Shown: positions 10,683 through 21,788 of the stretch, piece after piece | Position numbering within the stretch: position 1 is the stretch's first letter | Layout: every line of letters begins with the position of its first letter | NCBI GenBank assembly: GCA_000146045.2 | Contig: BK006945.2 | Span: 160,001-224,000, forward strand | Origin: TPA_inf: Saccharomyces | Taxonomy: Eukaryota | Direction: 5' to 3' | Length of the DNA stretch: 64,000 bases | Translations under genes and position numbers: made by a program | Notes under the pieces: model-generated | What the model saw: the letters and a program-made list of their open reading frames with translations, nothing else | Database searches by the model: none | What the model was told of the DNA's origin: nothing

Positions 10683-10704
10683 ATATATATATATATATAT
10701 ATAT
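10683..10704. repeat. (AT)11 dinucleotide microsatellite
   Basis: Perfect AT repeat between YLR012C and GAT3. Confidence 0.9.
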
Positions 10705-11338
10705 GTATATGTTCCCCGAGACAATGGTTTTATTTCCAAAAAAAGTGTAAGTAAGTTATTTTCTGTGTATAAAAAAATAAAAGAAGCCAGATGAAGTGCC
10801 AGGTGGCGTACCAGGACTTCAGCTTTCTTTAGTTTGCATAATGAAAGTATCACTTACAGCTCCCTTGAAGGATTAGACGCTATTAACCCCGATGAAAACG
10901 CATCAACAAAACCTTTAACACAGTACTTATTTGGTGCAATACATACTCACACAAACACCTGTAGAAAATCCCCTTATATGAAAATCCCTTTTTTTTCTTG
11001 GCAAGTATTTCTGATAAAATGCGGACAACATTACCTGCTTAGCCGCCTGCCACAGAAAATAAGTAGGCTTCTCTGTAAAATGGAATAATAGGCTAGAGGT
11101 CAAAAACCTCCTCTTCAGTCATATCTATGTTTTTAAGGGTCTAGGGTCCAATTTGATGGAAAAGAACAAATGGTCGAGCATGTTAATTAATATTTGTTGC
11201 TCTGTTTGAAGAGTATATTATAAGACGAGAGGTTCTTTGAGGGAGCTTATCTTACCTTTTCTTGATTTGAAACAATTTCATTAAATGTAAACAATTATCA
11301 ACTAGAAGCAAATATAAAGCCAGAAGGAAGAATTTGCT

Positions 11339-11764
11339 ATGAACATTAAGACTTTGTGTCATCCAGAATATAAAAGAATCTCCGTTGAATCGTTATTGAA
11401 TCCGGTAGAGGAGACAATAGACTGCGAAAAACCTCACTCTCAAACAAAAATCAATACTGCTAAACCCATTAGTGCATCTTTGTATGTCACAACGAATAAT
11501 ACTGCTGTTGTTCAGCACAATGTCCAAAAGAGGAAAGGCGTCACCAGGAGATGTCCACAGTGTGCGGTGATAAAAACTTCTCCGCAATGGAGAGAGGGTC
11601 CTGATGGAGAGGTGACATTGTGTAATGCCTGTGGATTATTTTATAGAAAAATATTTTTGGTTTTTGGCAAGGATCTGGCAAAACGGTACTTTAACGAAAT
11701 AAAAGGTGTGAGCGTCAAACGAAAAGTTCCAAAGAGCCTCTATGGAGTTACAAGAACGCGTTAA
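11339..11764 (+). CDS. GAT3: GATA-type zinc finger protein
   Basis: 141 aa. ATG at 11339. Single GATA finger CPQCAVIKTSPQWREGPDGEVTLCNACGLFYRK. Confidence 0.88.
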   Translation: MNIKTLCHPEYKRISVESLLNPVEETIDCEKPHSQTKINTAKPISASLYVTTNNTAVVQHNVQKRKGVTRRCPQCAVIKTSPQWREGPDGEVTLCNACGLFYRKIFLVFGKDLAKRYFNEIKGVSVKRKVPKSLYGVTRTR

Positions 11765-12015
11765 GAGAATTTATTTCTGCTCGGAATGTTATATACTTAT
11801 GTCAAAGCAGTGATTATACATTTATCGACTTTAAACAGTTGATAACGAACATTATGTGTTATTCGAAAGTCAAAGTGCCATACAAAACAAGTGGTTTCTC
11901 AGTTCTTGCAATTTTTCTTTATCAGCGTAGTCCCAGAAAAAAAAATCATCACTGGAAATGTAAGATGAATTCAAGTATCAAGTGCCGTTGGTATTATAGT
12001 TTATCAATTAATACG

Positions 12016-12018
<3 letters not shown>

Positions 12019-12050
<32 letters not shown>
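12019..12050. repeat. (AT)16 dinucleotide microsatellite
   Basis: Perfect AT repeat in the GAT3/PPR1 3' intergenic region. Confidence 0.9.
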
Positions 12051-12052
<2 letters not shown>

Positions 12053-12267
12053 CTATAGTGGCATACTTCTCAATGGACTGTTGCTTCTATCATTTTATAC
12101 ATGCGTTCAACTTTGAAGATTATCACAAAAACCTCAAACTTTTCAATTAATCTGCCCCGGTCATTTAAGTTAGCTCTTTTAGGACTCTCATGTTTTCAAA
12201 AAATAGATTGAAAAGAGCATTGGTGGCCCTACTTTCAATCCATTGATCATGATTCTTCGAGCTATCG

Positions 12268-14982
12268 CTAAAATATTCCACCGGATTCAGAGTTCTTTCC
12301 TTTACTGATATCGTAAGAAGACTCGCCTTCGTTTCCGTTACCAGACCTGACAAAAAACTCATCCCATACAGATCCCGAAGTAACCTGGAAAAGGATATCC
12401 ATGATATCTTGATTATTGGTATACGACTGGCAATTCAATGCAGAAGACGTATTTGTAGAAGCACTTTCATTTATCACTTGATTACCTTCGCTTACATCTA
12501 AAGTATTAAACTGGGAAACATTGCTGTGTTTTTCCAGTTCGGTAAAAAATTCATCTAGAGGTATATCAAAAGGTGCTTTTTCTTCAAAATTGGTTCTATT
12601 AAAAACCTTGTTATCAAAAGTACCGTCGTCAAAACCAAGTACGTTCGTTTTTTTATCATAACTTGACATGCGGTTTGCCTGAGAGGTTAGGGGATTTGAA
12701 TCCGAAAATATCCCTTTGGCATCATTTATTTGCATAAATTTTAACTTTATTACAACTGATGATAAAATTTTGTAACTCGTGTAACAGGTTTTCGCAGATT
12801 CGCAAAAACCTATCAGATTCTTCAGTACTATCAACACTTTTTCAGTGTACTCTGACACTTTTTCTTGACAATCATTTATGTTGTTTTTTGAGTAAAAATT
12901 TACGTAAAGGTAAGTCATACCTGTCATGAACATGTTATGAACTGCTACCCACGTGTAACCAATTTTTTTATTGACACAAAGATTGTAAAATACGTCTATG
13001 GTGCCCTTCGTACTGTCCAGGACAATTTTAAAAGCGGTATCATTCAAAGTAGGGAATTTTGGAGAAAGTCCATAAAGAATGCTCTTCGAGTAATGATAGT
13101 TCAGATCAAACCAGATGCTGTTAAATTTGCAATTCATCATCTCAAAGTTTTTGGGAACGTCCACTTGGAACCAACGCTCAAGCTCATTGTAGGTTTCAAT
13201 CCGCCAGCTCTCGAGATCCATAAACCTCCTCGGCAATTCTGCACCGGGCGCGTAGAGTATTCTCACTATACTAGCTTGGATTCTTCTGATTTTATACATG
13301 GCCAATGCGATAACTTTTGAAGACGGATTTGGGCTTGGTAAGTCTGAGTAGTCGTCAATTTCTCGGTTAGTTAATGTGATGAAGGAATCGTCCAAAAGGC
13401 TAGGATACCTGGTGGTGATGCTTTCTTCAGGTATACCAAAAGGTCGACCAAAATACGAGCAAATTTGCCGATCTAAGGAGTAAACGCACCAAAATAGACG
13501 CCTGCGTATTTCTCTGGTAAAGGCGTCATAATTTTTATTAATTTTTTCCGAATGTAGTCCTAGGTCAACCGTTAGTCTTAGTACAGAACCCATAGTATAC
13601 CAAACACCGGGGACATTAGGTCTCATTATTGAATAGATTACCATGAGCAAAGTGCCTGCCAATGCCTCCAACCTGTCTGAAGATGAAAATAAAGATGCAA
13701 TATATTTAGTAGCGCGTCTCTTATATGTCGCGACAGTAGTAATATCTGACTTAAGTACCTGCGTAGCATGGCCAATAGCAAATATAATGTTTAAAAAAAA
13801 ATAAGGTATGTGAAATTTTGTCGGTAGTTCAACTATCGGACGCATGTTGACTTTTTGAGATGTCTCCCAAGTGTCATACCATGGAACATCCACGGAAGAG
13901 CATACGTCAATCTTCTCAGTAACGTTCTCCCTTTTTGGTTCAGTATGCGCACTAAAAGCACTGGTAATTGGAATTTCGAACGCGCTATTTATGCCTGTCT
14001 GATCAGATGCCAATGCAATATTGGGATTCCAGGGACCATAAATAGGTTCAAAGTATTTTTTCAGGAAAAGTTCTCTATGCAGCAAAGGTAACTGGGAATT
14101 AGTATCTACAAAAAACCTGGATATCATAACTTCAGCGGCATGTCGAGGTGGTAGTTCCAATGGATCAAAGTGTGGATTGTTTTCAGCCTCTGCATATCCA
14201 TTGTATTTCTGTTCCCTTTGTTTAATATCTTCATCCAGAACGTCATCTCCGGAATCTTGACGAAAATTAGTTGCCGTGAAGACTAATTTCGCAAAGGAAA
14301 TACCCGATGAATCTCCTAAAAAAGAGTTAAAACTACTTTCTCTCATCGTGCCCAGCGCACTGATCTCCTTATTACATCGGCGTAGCTCTTCCGCTCTTGC
14401 ATCTGAAGTCATAGGGCTGCCTGTCTCGGGTAATAAAGCGCTACCATCTTGTTTTTTTGAGTTTACCAGAAATTCCTTGCGTTGTACATTTATAGTCTGT
14501 GGGCTTGCCATAGACTTGCTCGTTATAGCTGAGGATGCCATAGAATTCCCTTTCTGAACCAAATAATCCGCCAATAAGCCATTATGTGGCAATATTCCCT
14601 CTTCTCCCAAAGATGAAACTGAACTGTACTTTTTCAAATCAAAAGGTTCATCATCACTTGTAGCAGGTATATTTCCTCGTATTTTCGTGGGATCTACTCC
14701 ATATTCTTTCAACACACGCATCATGACAGCCAATCTATCTTCCAGAAAAAAGACGTAAGATCTTGGAACGTCCTTTCCGGTGGCTGGGTCCAAAGAAACA
14801 CATGGTACCTCTAATTTTGCACACCTCTTACAGCTAGGAAACTCCTGATCACATTTAATTTTTTTCAATCGACATCGTTTACATGCAGTTCTAGATTTGG
14901 AAATTCCTATATTAGGAGAATCTCCTCTTTTTGATAAATCTGTTCTATTACTTTTTTTGGAGTTAAATTTTTTCTGCTTCAT
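12268..14982 (-). CDS. PPR1: Zn2Cys6 binuclear-cluster transcription activator of pyrimidine (URA) genes
   Basis: 904 aa. ATG confirmed. N-terminal CKRCRLKKIKCDQEFPSCKRCAKLEVPC Zn2Cys6 motif. Fungal transcription-factor middle homology region. Confidence 0.92.
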   Translation of the reverse strand: MKQKKFNSKKSNRTDLSKRGDSPNIGISKSRTACKRCRLKKIKCDQEFPSCKRCAKLEVPCVSLDPATGKDVPRSYVFFLEDRLAVMMRVLKEYGVDPTKIRGNIPATSDDEPFDLKKYSSVSSLGEEGILPHNGLLADYLVQKGNSMASSAITSKSMASPQTINVQRKEFLVNSKKQDGSALLPETGSPMTSDARAEELRRCNKEISALGTMRESSFNSFLGDSSGISFAKLVFTATNFRQDSGDDVLDEDIKQREQKYNGYAEAENNPHFDPLELPPRHAAEVMISRFFVDTNSQLPLLHRELFLKKYFEPIYGPWNPNIALASDQTGINSAFEIPITSAFSAHTEPKRENVTEKIDVCSSVDVPWYDTWETSQKVNMRPIVELPTKFHIPYFFLNIIFAIGHATQVLKSDITTVATYKRRATKYIASLFSSSDRLEALAGTLLMVIYSIMRPNVPGVWYTMGSVLRLTVDLGLHSEKINKNYDAFTREIRRRLFWCVYSLDRQICSYFGRPFGIPEESITTRYPSLLDDSFITLTNREIDDYSDLPSPNPSSKVIALAMYKIRRIQASIVRILYAPGAELPRRFMDLESWRIETYNELERWFQVDVPKNFEMMNCKFNSIWFDLNYHYSKSILYGLSPKFPTLNDTAFKIVLDSTKGTIDVFYNLCVNKKIGYTWVAVHNMFMTGMTYLYVNFYSKNNINDCQEKVSEYTEKVLIVLKNLIGFCESAKTCYTSYKILSSVVIKLKFMQINDAKGIFSDSNPLTSQANRMSSYDKKTNVLGFDDGTFDNKVFNRTNFEEKAPFDIPLDEFFTELEKHSNVSQFNTLDVSEGNQVINESASTNTSSALNCQSYTNNQDIMDILFQVTSGSVWDEFFVRSGNGNEGESSYDISKGKNSESGGIF

Positions 14983-15226
14983 GATTTAATCATCATCTTC
15001 GTATGTTTTATGTACTCTAAAGGGTTACTCCTGTGCGAATAAAGCAAACCACTTTACGTTACTAAAATTTTTCACATTTGGTATTGTGAGTATTTTATGA
15101 AGCTCATCGCGGTAAAAGAAAAAAATAGAGAATCTGTGATTATAGTTTAAAAAGGATGTAGACAAAGGATATCAGCGATAAAGGTGGCCATAATTGGACG
15201 AAGACAAATAATTCACTTCCTTAATA

Positions 15227-16744
15227 ATGAAGTTGGGTATTATACCTTACCAGGAAGGTACTGATATTGTTTACAAGAATGCTCTCCAGGGTCAGCAAGA
15301 AGGGAAGAGACCTAATTTACCACAGATGGAAGCAACGCACCAAATCAAGTCATCGGTTCAGGGTACAAGTTATGAGTTTGTCCGCACAGAAGATATTCCA
15401 TTGAATCGAAGACATTTTGTGTACAGACCGTGTTCCGCAAATCCCTTTTTCACTATTTTGGGGTATGGCTGTACAGAATACCCATTTGACCACTCTGGAA
15501 TGAGCGTCATGGACAGATCTGAAGGGTTGTCAATTAGTCGAGATGGAAATGATCTGGTAAGTGTCCCGGATCAATACGGTTGGAGAACTGCAAGAAGCGA
15601 TGTGTGTATTAAAGAAGGAATGACGTATTGGGAAGTGGAGGTAATTCGTGGAGGAAACAAGAAATTCGCAGACGGTGTTAATAATAAGGAAAATGCTGAT
15701 GATTCAGTAGACGAAGTACAAAGTGGCATATACGAAAAAATGCACAAACAAGTGAATGACACCCCGCATCTACGATTTGGAGTTTGCAGAAGAGAGGCCA
15801 GTTTAGAGGCTCCCGTAGGGTTTGATGTGTACGGGTATGGTATTAGAGACATTTCGTTAGAATCTATCCACGAAGGAAAATTGAATTGCGTCCTAGAAAA
15901 TGGTTCGCCATTGAAAGAGGGTGATAAAATCGGATTTCTACTGAGTCTTCCTAGCATTCATACACAAATCAAACAAGCTAAGGAGTTTACCAAAAGAAGA
16001 ATTTTTGCACTGAACTCCCATATGGATACGATGAATGAACCATGGAGAGAAGATGCTGAGAATGGGCCTTCAAGGAAAAAATTAAAACAAGAGACAACGA
16101 ACAAAGAATTTCAAAGGGCGCTATTAGAAGATATTGAATATAACGACGTCGTCCGCGATCAAATCGCCATCAGGTATAAGAACCAGTTGTTCTTTGAGGC
16201 AACGGACTATGTAAAGACAACGAAACCGGAATATTATTCTTCTGATAAGAGGGAAAGGCAAGACTATTACCAGTTAGAGGATTCATATCTTGCTATCTTT
16301 CAAAATGGTAAGTACCTAGGCAAAGCATTTGAAAATTTAAAGCCGTTGTTACCACCGTTCAGTGAGTTACAATACAATGAAAAGTTCTATCTTGGATATT
16401 GGCAACATGGTGAAGCTCGTGATGAGTCCAATGATAAAAACACAACCAGTGCCAAAAAGAAAAAGCAGCAACAAAAGAAAAAGAAGGGATTGATACTCAG
16501 AAACAAATACGTAAATAATAACAAACTGGGTTACTATCCAACAATCAGCTGTTTTAACGGTGGAACAGCGAGGATAATTAGTGAAGAAGATAAATTGGAG
16601 TACCTCGATCAAATCCGATCAGCTTACTGTGTTGACGGGAATTCAAAAGTTAACACACTGGATACATTGTACAAAGAACAGATAGCTGAAGACATAGTAT
16701 GGGATATAATCGATGAGTTGGAGCAAATTGCCCTACAGCAATAA
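15227..16744 (+). CDS. BRE2: COMPASS (Set1C) subunit with SPRY domain
   Basis: 505 aa. ATG at 15227. Matches recalled Bre2 (MKLGIIPYQEGTDIVYKNALQGQ...). Confidence 0.88.
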   Translation: MKLGIIPYQEGTDIVYKNALQGQQEGKRPNLPQMEATHQIKSSVQGTSYEFVRTEDIPLNRRHFVYRPCSANPFFTILGYGCTEYPFDHSGMSVMDRSEGLSISRDGNDLVSVPDQYGWRTARSDVCIKEGMTYWEVEVIRGGNKKFADGVNNKENADDSVDEVQSGIYEKMHKQVNDTPHLRFGVCRREASLEAPVGFDVYGYGIRDISLESIHEGKLNCVLENGSPLKEGDKIGFLLSLPSIHTQIKQAKEFTKRRIFALNSHMDTMNEPWREDAENGPSRKKLKQETTNKEFQRALLEDIEYNDVVRDQIAIRYKNQLFFEATDYVKTTKPEYYSSDKRERQDYYQLEDSYLAIFQNGKYLGKAFENLKPLLPPFSELQYNEKFYLGYWQHGEARDESNDKNTTSAKKKKQQQKKKKGLILRNKYVNNNKLGYYPTISCFNGGTARIISEEDKLEYLDQIRSAYCVDGNSKVNTLDTLYKEQIAEDIVWDIIDELEQIALQQ

Positions 16745-16801
16745 AGCAGCATTCAAAGAAGAATAATTAAAACACACTGAAAGTGTGTTTCTTATATATG
16801 G

Positions 16802-17416
16802 TTATACATTCATGAAGATGAGTTCGTAATCGTTATCTTCTTCAAATTCTGAAAGTGTAAGGACGTCACCACTTCGTAGCTCTATATATCTCGCTCCAGG
16901 AATTACAACGTTGTTCAAACATGTCCCATTGGACGAATCCAAATCCATTACATAACATTTCAAAATGCCACGAACGTTCCTGAACTGGATGACGCAGTGC
17001 TGCTTTGAGGATGTTTCTTCGGGTATACCAATGTCTGCGACAACGATCTCCGTTCTATCGTCGAGATCTGTATCCAGACTGTGGCCCAGTTCACGACCGA
17101 CTAAATAACAGCTCCTGCCGTTCAAATCGTATCTTTTCCACGGTCCTTTATCCTTGTCATTCTTTCTGTATATCACTAGTTCATACATAGTCCTATCTCG
17201 CGCCTCCAGTCCTAGCATATCCATGTAGTTATCTGGAGAAATAGCGTCCTGCGGCTCCACATGTTTTAAAGCTATACCTTCTTTGTTATTCGACTCCAGC
17301 TCTAACAGACCGGAAGGGCTGAAGTCTGGCATAATATCGATGTACTGCGATTTGAATTTCTTGTCATCATGGCCATAATTTCTGGTGTTATAAGGTCTTT
17401 TGCGTCTGTGAAACAT
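16802..17416 (-). CDS. PML1: RES complex subunit with FHA domain
   Basis: Track ORF starts at TTG (17428). The first ATG at 17416 gives 204 aa starting MFHRRKRPYNTRNYG. C-terminal FHA-like region (CYLVGRE...GTCLNNVVIPGARYIELRSGDVLTL). Confidence 0.88.
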   Translation of the reverse strand: MFHRRKRPYNTRNYGHDDKKFKSQYIDIMPDFSPSGLLELESNNKEGIALKHVEPQDAISPDNYMDMLGLEARDRTMYELVIYRKNDKDKGPWKRYDLNGRSCYLVGRELGHSLDTDLDDRTEIVVADIGIPEETSSKQHCVIQFRNVRGILKCYVMDLDSSNGTCLNNVVIPGARYIELRSGDVLTLSEFEEDNDYELIFMNV

Positions 17417-17607
17417 GTCTATACGCAAATGGAGTCGGAAATGAAGTACACCATGCTTGCTGTGGCTTTTACGTTATACCAAGGCTTCTATTGTAGGACG
17501 CCTTTATTGTCAATTATGTGAAAAGAAAGCAAAAAAAAGAAAAAGAAAAATGAAAAAAGATGAACGTGTGAATGAAAAAAAACTATTTCGAGATGAGATG
17601 AGATTAA

Positions 17608-18621
17608 ATGAACAGGATTAAGAATACATTTTCTGTTGCTAAGAGATTAAAACTAAGCAAAGTTATGACGAACTCAGAATTACCGAGCATATTCGAAGGA
17701 ACTGTTGATTTAGGGATTATTGGTGGTACAGGTTTATATAACCTTGACTGTCTGGAGCCCATCGCTTTGCTTCCACCCATGGTAACACCATGGGGTACCA
17801 CATCGTCTCCTGTCACAATCTCTCAGTTCGTAGGAACTAACAGCCACTTTCACGTTGCGTTCATAGCCAGACACGGTATTAACCACGAATACCCACCCAC
17901 TAAAGTCCCATTTAGAGCAAACATGGCGGCCTTAAAGAACTTAAATTGTAAAGCCGTTCTTTCTTTTAGTGCCGTGGGGTCTTTACAACCCCATATAAAG
18001 CCTAGAGATTTTGTGTTACCACAGCAAATAATCGACAGAACTAAAGGCATAAGACATTCTTCATATTTCAACGATGAAGGCTTGGTAGGTCACGTTGGTT
18101 TCGGACAGCCGTTCTCTCAAAAATTCGCAGAGTATATCTATCAATTCAAGAACGAGATAACAAATCCTGAATCCGAAGAACCGTGCCATTTGCATTACGA
18201 CAAGGATATGACCGTTGTGTGTATGGAAGGCCCACAATTCTCCACGCGCGCTGAATCCAAGATGTACAGAATGTTTGGTGGCCATGTTATTAACATGAGT
18301 GTTATTCCAGAAGCCAAATTGGCGCGTGAGTGTGAGCTGCCTTACCAGATGATTTGTATGTCTACCGATTACGACGCATGGAGAGATGAGGCAGAACCTG
18401 TTACCGTAGAAACCGTTATTGGTAATTTGACGAATAATGGGCGCAATGCAAATATTTTAGCTTCTAAGATCATCGTCTCAATGGCCAAGGAAATCCCAGA
18501 GTTCATGCATACTGGCGATGGGCTGCGCGGTTCCATCAAGAAATCTATCTCTACCAAACCAGAGGCTATGTCCAAGGAAACCTTAGAAAGACTAAGATAC
18601 TTATTTCCAAACTATTGGTAA
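17608..18621 (+). CDS. MEU1: 5'-methylthioadenosine phosphorylase (PNP/MTAP family)
   Basis: 337 aa. ATG at 17608. Carries the MTAP signature residues (GIIGGTGLY...MSTDYDAW). Confidence 0.92.
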
Positions 18622-18706
18622 TGGTTGCCGCTAATCATATGTAAAATATAAATAGGAGAGAAAACATATATAGCTATGGAAAGTATTAAATGTTTTTTTG
18701 CTGTTT

Positions 18707-19606
18707 TTATATTTTCCCCCTTGGGGACTGTGAGTTCATCATATATGCATATTTGCTACTTGGAATGTAGCCCTTCCTAGTTACAGGGGTATGCGGCGAG
18801 TTATTGTCATTGTTAGCGCTCACTAATGTGCTACTGATACCGCTATGCCTCTGCAGTGTGCCAAATACATTCTTTGTGTGTAAGGATTGAGATTGTAGTT
18901 TCGTCTGTTCCTCCGCCATTTCCCTTTGTCTTGCTTTCAAAGGCGTCTCTAAGCCTTTGAAGAGATATGCTGGATGATTTTTGAGATTTGTTTGAGGAAT
19001 ATGTGTTTTGTTCTGTGCCATTTGGCTGATCTTAGAAGTGGATACGTAGTGGGGGTGTTGTGGCTGCAACCCAGTATCGACAGATGATTGCATGTCTACC
19101 CCCAGGAGCTTCTTTTGCCTGTCAGTGAGATTCAAATCACTTACTTTGACGGTGGATAAGAGCTTCCAAAGAGAAAACAGTATATTGAGCGAGATTAATA
19201 GGTGGAACAAGTAGTCAAGAAGTTCTGCATTCAACCAACTGAACGTGGTGTGATATATGATGTTAGCCTTCTTTAACGTGTGAAATGTCAACATGTACAG
19301 ATGGATTCTGGATAGCCGGTTGCAAAACTGTCTCCCAACATGAGTGTTGTTCCAAAAGAACTTGATGAACTTCACCAGCAGGTTCCAGAACGCAAACGCA
19401 ATTACGTTTGTCATAATTCTCTGCGTCTCCATTTCCTTGTTTACCGTTCGCCGTGATAGCTCCTTGAGCACAGGACTTTCAAAGTTGCCCAATTTAAACA
19501 TTGGTGTGTCATTTTGTGATTGTGATGAGGGTTTGCTGTCTGTGTCCGGCAATGGTCCCGGCACGTCATTATCGTCCAGGCCCAATTGGCCCGCCTGAAT
19601 CTTCAT
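18707..19606 (-). CDS. POM34: Nuclear pore integral membrane protein
   Basis: 299 aa. ATG confirmed. Two predicted transmembrane segments (AFAFWNLLVKFIKFFW and LLISLNILFSLWKLL). Confidence 0.88.
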   Translation of the reverse strand: MKIQAGQLGLDDNDVPGPLPDTDSKPSSQSQNDTPMFKLGNFESPVLKELSRRTVNKEMETQRIMTNVIAFAFWNLLVKFIKFFWNNTHVGRQFCNRLSRIHLYMLTFHTLKKANIIYHTTFSWLNAELLDYLFHLLISLNILFSLWKLLSTVKVSDLNLTDRQKKLLGVDMQSSVDTGLQPQHPHYVSTSKISQMAQNKTHIPQTNLKNHPAYLFKGLETPLKARQREMAEEQTKLQSQSLHTKNVFGTLQRHSGISSTLVSANNDNNSPHTPVTRKGYIPSSKYAYMMNSQSPRGKI

Positions 19607-20287
19607 AGTTCCCTCTATTATTTTTTTGCCTCTGCGGATATATTAAAAGTCTGTATATTGTCAAGTTCTTATAATATAAATCTTTTTGTTCATCATAACC
19701 ATCTTATTAATTGTTATTATTTCTATCATTATTACTATTAGCACAAATTTCATTTTTTTTTTTTTTCATTTTTCTTTAGACTTTAGCCCTAATTAGACCT
19801 GAGAAATATTATTATAACCTGAGAAAGGTTTATAAAAAGAACATTATAACCTACAAAAAAGATACTTAAACCCTGAAGTTAATAGGTTTGGACCCTCTTT
19901 TTTTTTTTTTGCTTTTTTTTAGAAAACCTCAGTATTCACAGTCTAAGGAACAGATAAAGAGAAGCTTTATGAAAGCAGTCCACAGTGCCACGAACTTTGA
20001 CATATATAATTGACTTGTGGGGGCTACCGACTGGCTTATATTTCTAAAATTTAGAGATTTGATTATCTTTTTCGCAGCGCGTAAAAGAAACCCACGAAGC
20101 ATCGCTTAATTTACACATATTCTTCGTTCTCCCCTTTTGGAGAGGATTTAAGCTAAGATATATCTTTCTTCGAGCGCAGTGCTGCTTTTGAGTTCTTTCG
20201 TTTTAATTTTCCACTTATTTGGCAATAAAAACTGAGTGAAGAGTGCTTCTCTGTCTGTTTTAGGGAGCTTTTTCAGATCATCATCAG

Positions 20288-21481
20288 ATGGGATTTATAG
20301 CAAATATACTGTGCTGTTCTTCAGATACTTCCAAAACACATCGTCAACGCCAACCACCAGAAACTAATCACAACCGCAACCGCAACCGTAAGCACAGTTC
20401 AAACAAAGCTCAAACTCAGGGTCGTAAGCAGAAGGCTACTCCAAACGGCGACAAGATGCAATATTCCACACCGGAGATCCTTTTGTCTAGTTCCGATTCA
20501 GGCAGCAATGCGGGTTCCAAGACAATGCAGGAGAATGGGAATAGCGGCAATGGAAAACTAGCACCTTTATCAAGAGATCACTCCAACAACTCGTACGATG
20601 AGGAGAAAGAATATGAAGATTATAATGAAGGAGACGTAGAAATGACGGAGGTTAACAATGCCGGAGAAGAAGAAGAAGAAGATGACGAAGCAAAAGAAAA
20701 GCAAGACCATGTCGTTCATGAATATAACGTTGACGCAGATAGAAATTCCAGTATTAATGACGAGGCGCCACCACAACAGGGTCTGTATCAGGTGGGTCAA
20801 GAAGATATGAATCCACAATATGTCGCCAGCAGTCCTGATAATGATTTAAACTTGATACCTACAACGGAGGAGGACTTCTCTGACCTGACGCATTTGCAAC
20901 CAGACCAGTACCATGCCCCCGGATACGACACTCTGCTACCACCCAAGTTGCAAGAATTTCAACAGAAAAAATGTCTGATATTGGATCTAGACGAAACTTT
21001 GGTACATTCTTCCTTTAAATATATGCATTCAGCTGATTTCGTTTTGCCCGTCGAAATCGATGATCAAGTTCACAATGTCTATGTTATTAAGAGGCCAGGC
21101 GTCGATGAGTTCTTGAACAGGGTGAGTCAACTATACGAAGTTGTTGTGTTCACGGCAAGTGTTTCGAGGTATGCAAACCCCCTTTTAGATACGTTGGACC
21201 CTAATGGAACCATCCATCATCGATTATTCAGAGAAGCTTGTTATAACTACGAAGGTAACTACATCAAGAACTTATCGCAGATCGGAAGACCATTGTCCGA
21301 AACAATCATCTTAGATAATTCGCCGGCCTCTTACATCTTTCATCCGCAACATGCTGTTCCGATATCTTCTTGGTTCTCTGATACTCATGATAATGAGTTA
21401 CTAGATATTATCCCACTTTTGGAGGACCTTTCATCAGGAAACGTGTTGGATGTGGGGAGCGTGTTGGATGTGACGATATAG
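20288..21481 (+). CDS. PSR2: Plasma-membrane FCP1/NIF-type (HAD) phosphatase
   Basis: 397 aa. ATG at 20288. N-terminal MG...CC lipidation motif ([12 protein letters not shown]). DxDxT catalytic motif [12 protein letters not shown] of the FCP/NIF family. Confidence 0.9.
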
Positions 21482-21788
21482 ATTTCTCAGTAACATAAAA
21501 AGCAGGCTCTTTTTATTACCCCCCCCTTCGGTTATATGTTTGGACGAACTCATGTTTCTCTTTTTATACAGAAGACTTCACCGGATATTTATAAACTTAA
21601 TGAATTAATTTGCTTATTACATGTATCAATTGTACTTTACGTGTAACATCTACAGATACATATATCCGTATATACTAGCATATATATAAATATATACTCT
21701 ATACATATATCTATTTATTATGCTTTTCTTTCCTCTTTTTATGGCATATTATATTTTACAAAGAAACCACAAAGAAAAAACTTTTACC

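Noticed and set aside
10467-10853. 128-aa minus-strand ORF between YLR012C and GAT3.
   Set aside because: It spans the (AT)11 microsatellite and is low-complexity, with no known homolog. It is probably spurious.
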